Notes under the pieces: generated by a model
Told to the model about the DNA's origin: nothing
The model's database searches: none
What the model saw: the letters and a program-made list of their open reading frames with translations, nothing else
Program-made: the position numbers and the translations under genes
Part shown: piece by piece, positions 36,039-39,901 of the stretch
How positions within the stretch are numbered: position 1 is the stretch's first letter
Layout: the number at the start of each line of letters is the position of its first letter
Source of the DNA: Sumerlaeia bacterium
GTDB lineage: Bacteria > Sumerlaeota > Sumerlaeia > SLMS01 > JAHLLQ01
Reading direction: 5' to 3'
Assembly (NCBI GenBank): GCA_040219255.1
Contig: JAVJSW010000017.1
Span: 1 to 39,901, forward strand
Length of the DNA: 39,901 bases

Positions 36039-37547
36039 TTACCCGTTCGTGCCACTCTTGTTGTTTTCCAGCAGATTCCCTCCCCCTTCAGGGTTTCGGG
36101 ATTTTTCGGCCTGCTTGCGGATTTCGTGCTCGTCGTTTGCGAGGTCGCCTTCCGCTTCGGTGACCTCGGCCTTTTCTTTGCTGACCATCTTCGGTTCGGC
36201 TCGATCTCGGGGCGGCTTGGGCGGTTTGGCATCTTCCAGGCTGTCGATCATCTTGACTGGCACGCCGCCGGGGAAGACGACCTCGCGGGCTTCGTCGGGC
36301 ATGGATATTCCCGCCTCTGTCAGGGCGACTTTGGTCAGGCGGATGACCGACGATTTGACCTTCAGACCATCGTGTATGGAAATGTCCACCCAGAAATAGA
36401 ACCTCATATTCACCGTCGAGGCAGCCAGTTGTTCCACCAGGATCATCGGCTCGGGGTTCTCAAGCACGGCTTTATGGGCCTTGAGCACACCCATGGCGAC
36501 CTCCTGTGCCTCGGTGATGAGGTCGTCGTAGCCGATGCCGACCATGAAATCGAAGCGGGCCTTGGGATTGGCCGTGTAATTGATTATGACGTTCTTGTAG
36601 ATAATCGTGTTGGGTATCTGGACGTGGTTGCCTTCGAAAGTCATCATCAGCGTGCTGCGCGTGTTGACACTTTGAATGATGCCGAGGTGGTCCTCGATCT
36701 TCACGACGTCGCCCATGGCAAAGGGCCGCTGAACGCTGATGAGAATGCTGGCGAGAAAATTCTCGGCGATGTCGCGAAAGGCAAAACCGATGATCAGACC
36801 CAAGACGCCGGTGCCGCTCAACAAGGTGACCGCCAGACGCGTGAGACCGGAAATCCTCAGCACGAAATAAAAGCCCAGGACGAACAGCCCAACGGCGATA
36901 GCTTTGACGGCCACACTGCGCAGAATCTGGTTCTTGAAACGCCTCTTGAGGAGACTATCGGAGAGGCTGGCGGCCCAGCGAACCAGAATCCAGGTCAGGA
37001 TAAACACCACGAGACTGACCACAATCAGCGGCAGTTCCCGGATGAACGCTTTGCAGAGGTTTCGAATCTCTTCCCAGGATTCGGAAAAATCGAGGAAGGG
37101 TTTTTCGCGCACTTGGACCCGATTGACGACCGCCACGACGGACTCGGTCTTGCCAGCCAATTGGCCGATCCATTCGCGGTGACGTTCGATATCGACGGTA
37201 CCGCCGATGAAAACGACCCCTTCGTCCACCTCAACGCTGGGTTGGTCGAACCATTCGGTGGCCTTCATGATGCGCAGCAAACGGGTGGCGATTTTCTCGT
37301 CGTCCGCCACCGGCTCCACATCCACCCTTTCCGGCAGATTCTCGGACACCTCTTCCCGCGAGGACTCGCCGTTGCCAGTCGGCAATCCCAGACTCCCCTG
37401 GCCCAGTCCTGTCACAGGAGACCCGAGGAGGATGAGTAACAGAAAGACTATGGAGAGAATTGGCAAAGGGCGGGGTACTCCGGTTCGGTTCTGGTGTCCC
37501 GAAGCAAGGTTGATCGCCGGAAAACGGTCAATGCCAGAGACGCCCAC
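36039..37547 (-). CDS. mscS: Small-conductance mechanosensitive channel with N-terminal BON domain
   Basis: BON-like VEVDEGVVFIGG...VVAVVNRVQV, TM region, GFAFRDIAENF, PFAMGD, IPN, VGIGYDD. Start uncertain. Confidence 0.9.
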   Translation of the reverse strand: MGVSGIDRFPAINLASGHQNRTGVPRPLPILSIVFLLLILLGSPVTGLGQGSLGLPTGNGESSREEVSENLPERVDVEPVADDEKIATRLLRIMKATEWFDQPSVEVDEGVVFIGGTVDIERHREWIGQLAGKTESVVAVVNRVQVREKPFLDFSESWEEIRNLCKAFIRELPLIVVSLVVFILTWILVRWAASLSDSLLKRRFKNQILRSVAVKAIAVGLFVLGFYFVLRISGLTRLAVTLLSGTGVLGLIIGFAFRDIAENFLASILISVQRPFAMGDVVKIEDHLGIIQSVNTRSTLMMTFEGNHVQIPNTIIYKNVIINYTANPKARFDFMVGIGYDDLITEAQEVAMGVLKAHKAVLENPEPMILVEQLAASTVNMRFYFWVDISIHDGLKVKSSVIRLTKVALTEAGISMPDEAREVVFPGGVPVKMIDSLEDAKPPKPPRDRAEPKMVSKEKAEVTEAEGDLANDEHEIRKQAEKSRNPEGGGNLLENNKSGTNG

Positions 37548-37822
37548 CCAAGGCCATGGAAAACGCGGCGACAGGCACTGTGGCGCCCGCCAAGCCCTCG
37601 CCTACTTCCCCATCCCGGCCGACTGACGGAAGGGTCCCCCAAGGAAGCGATTTCGCGGCGCCGAAAAGGAACGCCATCCGTTTAAGACAGAGTGGAATGA
37701 CTGACGGGAAAGGCTCTGCGGCGAATGAACGATTTTATCCGCATATTTTTCTTGCCCCCCCCCAATCTCCGCAAAACGTCACATATCCCAAAAGCAATCG
37801 CATTCCGAATTGGAGAATTTCC

Positions 37823-38179
37823 ATGAAAACTCTGTCGTTCGCGTTGGCCTGTGCCTTCGCTCTTGCCCTCTCCACCCCTGTCTTTTCCTCGTGCCAGTGC
37901 TCGAAGAGTGGGAATGGCGGGTGCCCAGAGCTCATCGAGAATACGGCCAGTTGTATTTGTACGACTGAGAGTAATACGCACAAGCCGGCTGCCGAATGCA
38001 ATGGCGAGGCTGGCGCGTGCGAGACCGAGGTTCAAGACGAGACCTGTCCCAAACTTCTGGAGTATCGCCCCGAATACAATACCGATGGCAGTTGCAAGGG
38101 TTGCCGCGCCGAGTACAAGTATAACCAAGACGGCGACGTCGAGGAAGAAACTTTCACCTATGACGTATGCGCCTCCTAA
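37823..38179 (+). CDS. Small secreted (possibly lipoprotein) cysteine-rich protein
   Basis: GGAGA RBS, MKTLSFALACAFALALSTPVFSSC, 11 Cys after the signal peptide (CQC, CIC, CKGC), ends VCAS*. 118 aa. Confidence 0.8.
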   Translation: MKTLSFALACAFALALSTPVFSSCQCSKSGNGGCPELIENTASCICTTESNTHKPAAECNGEAGACETEVQDETCPKLLEYRPEYNTDGSCKGCRAEYKYNQDGDVEEETFTYDVCAS

Positions 38180-39384
38180 TGGCGCTCACGGAGCTGAGGT
38201 GCGTTGTGGGGCATGCAAGATTTGAGTTTTTGCCTGCCCAGCGAGCCGTCCGCCGTTGCTTGGTGTGTTGGTTATGGTTGATCTCCCTGCCCTTTGCCGG
38301 CTCTCATGCGTGGTCTTATGAGACTCTGGCACAAGATTACCTTGATACATTCGACCAAGATAAGTTGAAGGGTTTTGGGCTGACTGGATATTATTACGGC
38401 ACTGAACATACAACTCCCACACTCGTTTTCGAGATTACGAAGAGCAGGGACTCATACCTCTTCTCCAAGAAGCTCCGGACAAATGTGGGGACTCTCGCGC
38501 AGGTCATCGCTTACGATGGATCGCAAGCTGTTTACTTCACTGATCGCGCCAACGCTCCTGTTCACATTTATCCGAGGGAAACGGACGGACGTTCACCCCT
38601 TGCGGCGGATGATATTATTGCGTTCTTGGGCTATCGTCCCACGCAGAATCTTGCGGCCAACGCCGAGATATCCCAGACATCCGATTCACAGTTAGAATTT
38701 GTGGTTTCGAAAAATGGAAAGGATTTCACTACCGTTATCGACTTCGACCTTGCTGGTGAACTCCCCTTGCCAATCAAGGAGGAGTTCTATGTGGACAACA
38801 TCTTGCACCAATCCTTCGCATATTCGGAATGGCGAATGGTACCATCAGACAATGGAAGCCGGTTCCCGATTCCAACCTGGAGTGAATGGTCTTTTTATGA
38901 CTTCGCAACAGGAGAATTTGTAGACATGTCTCGCTTGGAATTGCTGGATGTCGACATATTCCAGAATCCGCGCGAACTCGAACTTCCAGATATCCCCAAG
39001 GGAGCTCCCGTCCTGGATCACCGCGTGGATCCTCCTCGAAACTACTCTTGGGGGATAGTGGACCGAAGGTTCCGTGAATCCGTCGAACGCATTTCCGGCG
39101 GTCTCACCCTCAACCTGCTAACCGTAGAGGAAGTTCAAGACATCGGCGAAACGGTCGAGACCATGCGGGACGCCCTTAGGGCGGAACGCGAGGCGGATGC
39201 CACCCCAGCCCACGCTCCCGCCACCCCGCCGCCCTCCAAGGCCGAGCCAGTTCTTACTCATCAGAGCGAAACGGACAAGACCAACCCTTGGTTGCGCATC
39301 GCGCTGCTCTTGTCCGCCATCGTGAACGTGCTCTTGCTGGTCCTGATTGGGCTATTGCTGAGACGGGGCAGGCCGGTCCGCTAA
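38179..39384 (+). CDS. Signal-peptide protein with LolA-like hallmarks, linker and C-terminal TM anchor
   Basis: ATG overlaps the upstream TAA (TAATG; alternative ATG 38167). Hydrophobic segment ending SHA|W, VIAYDG, YSEWRMV..FPIPT, DIPKGAPVLD, Pro/Ala linker, TM + RRGRPVR. Confidence 0.72.
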   Translation: MALTELRCVVGHARFEFLPAQRAVRRCLVCWLWLISLPFAGSHAWSYETLAQDYLDTFDQDKLKGFGLTGYYYGTEHTTPTLVFEITKSRDSYLFSKKLRTNVGTLAQVIAYDGSQAVYFTDRANAPVHIYPRETDGRSPLAADDIIAFLGYRPTQNLAANAEISQTSDSQLEFVVSKNGKDFTTVIDFDLAGELPLPIKEEFYVDNILHQSFAYSEWRMVPSDNGSRFPIPTWSEWSFYDFATGEFVDMSRLELLDVDIFQNPRELELPDIPKGAPVLDHRVDPPRNYSWGIVDRRFRESVERISGGLTLNLLTVEEVQDIGETVETMRDALRAEREADATPAHAPATPPPSKAEPVLTHQSETDKTNPWLRIALLLSAIVNVLLLVLIGLLLRRGRPVR

Positions 39385-39418
39385 GCGACGAAGCCGCAAA
39401 GCGTCCCGCCCGCCCCCC

Positions 39419-39901
39419 TTACTTACCCATCCCGATCCGCTGCGTCTTCTGGTACAGCTTGCCTTCGCTCTTGATCGAGGGGGCGATGATGATTTCCGCC
39501 TCGTGCATGTCGCGCAGGGTCCGTGCGCCCAGGTTGCCCATGCAGGTCTTCAGGGCGCCGACCAGGTTCTGGGACCCGTCGTCCATGTTGGCGGGGCCGA
39601 AGAGGATTTCCTCGAGCGAACCGGTGGTGTTGACGCGGACGCGGGTGCCGCGGGGCAGGTTGGCGTGGGGGGTGGCCATGCCCCAGTGGTTGCCTTGGCC
39701 GGGGGCTTCCTTGGCTTTGGCGAGGGCGCTGCCCACCACGACGGCGTCGGCGCCGCAGGCGAAGGCTTTGCAGATCGAGCCGCCGTTGCTCATGCCGCCG
39801 TCGGTGATGATGGGAATGTAGTTGCCCGAGCGGGTGTAGTGCTTGTCGCGGGCACAGGCGCAGTCCGCGGTGGCGGTGACCTGGGGTACGCCGAGGCCCA
39901 G
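39419..39901 (-). CDS. guaB3: GuaB3-family IMP dehydrogenase-related protein (3' part, runs off the window)
   Basis: LGVPQVTATADC, IITDGG, ACGADAVVVGS, EAPG..HWGMATPHANLPRGTR, LEEILFGP. Confidence 0.88.
   Translation of the reverse strand: MGLGVPQVTATADCACARDKHYTRSGNYIPIITDGGMSNGGSICKAFACGADAVVVGSALAKAKEAPGQGNHWGMATPHANLPRGTRVRVNTTGSLEEILFGPANMDDGSQNLVGALKTCMGNLGARTLRDMHEAEIIIAPSIKSEGKLYQKTQRIGMGK

Noticed and set aside
35244-37439. 731-aa plus-strand ORF
   Set aside because: Antisense shadow of nadK and mscS with no motifs; a typical high-GC artefact.
37556-37822. 89-aa upstream extension of the second Cys-rich protein
   Set aside because: The RBS and signal peptide point to ATG 37823, and the upstream stretch looks like an AT-rich promoter region.

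Overview
Bacterial chromosomal window, mostly high GC, with about 35 protein-coding genes and no recognisable rRNA, tRNA or CRISPR array. The pseudopilin sequence type and the C-terminal 'DW' tail of a secreted protein suggest Candidatus Sumerlaeota (BRC1) or a related PVC-like lineage; this is an inference only. Housekeeping and envelope genes include cls, prfA, a B12 radical SAM enzyme, a GDSL esterase, pdeM, a nitrilase-family hydrolase, a DegT aminotransferase, a ribD + four GT4 glycosyltransferase operon, a YfhO-like membrane protein, EamA, an FHA protein + metallophosphoesterase pair, NAD kinase, BON-MscS and a partial GuaB3. Lower-GC accessory islets lie among them. The most notable pattern occurs twice independently (14396-17236 and 37823-39384): a small secreted Cys-rich protein gene followed by a ~400-aa signal-peptide protein with LolA-like sequence hallmarks and a C-terminal membrane anchor. 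The first copy also has a DUF1573-like gene and an intrinsic terminator after the peptide gene. Other points are an ABC-type ATPase + TOPRIM-like candidate defence pair inside an envelope operon, a VapBC-like TA module, a 42-bp motif present twice (38/42 identical) that opens 'MRGQT' micro-ORFs, two MITE/REP-like inverted-repeat elements, and a probable IS right end at the window start.
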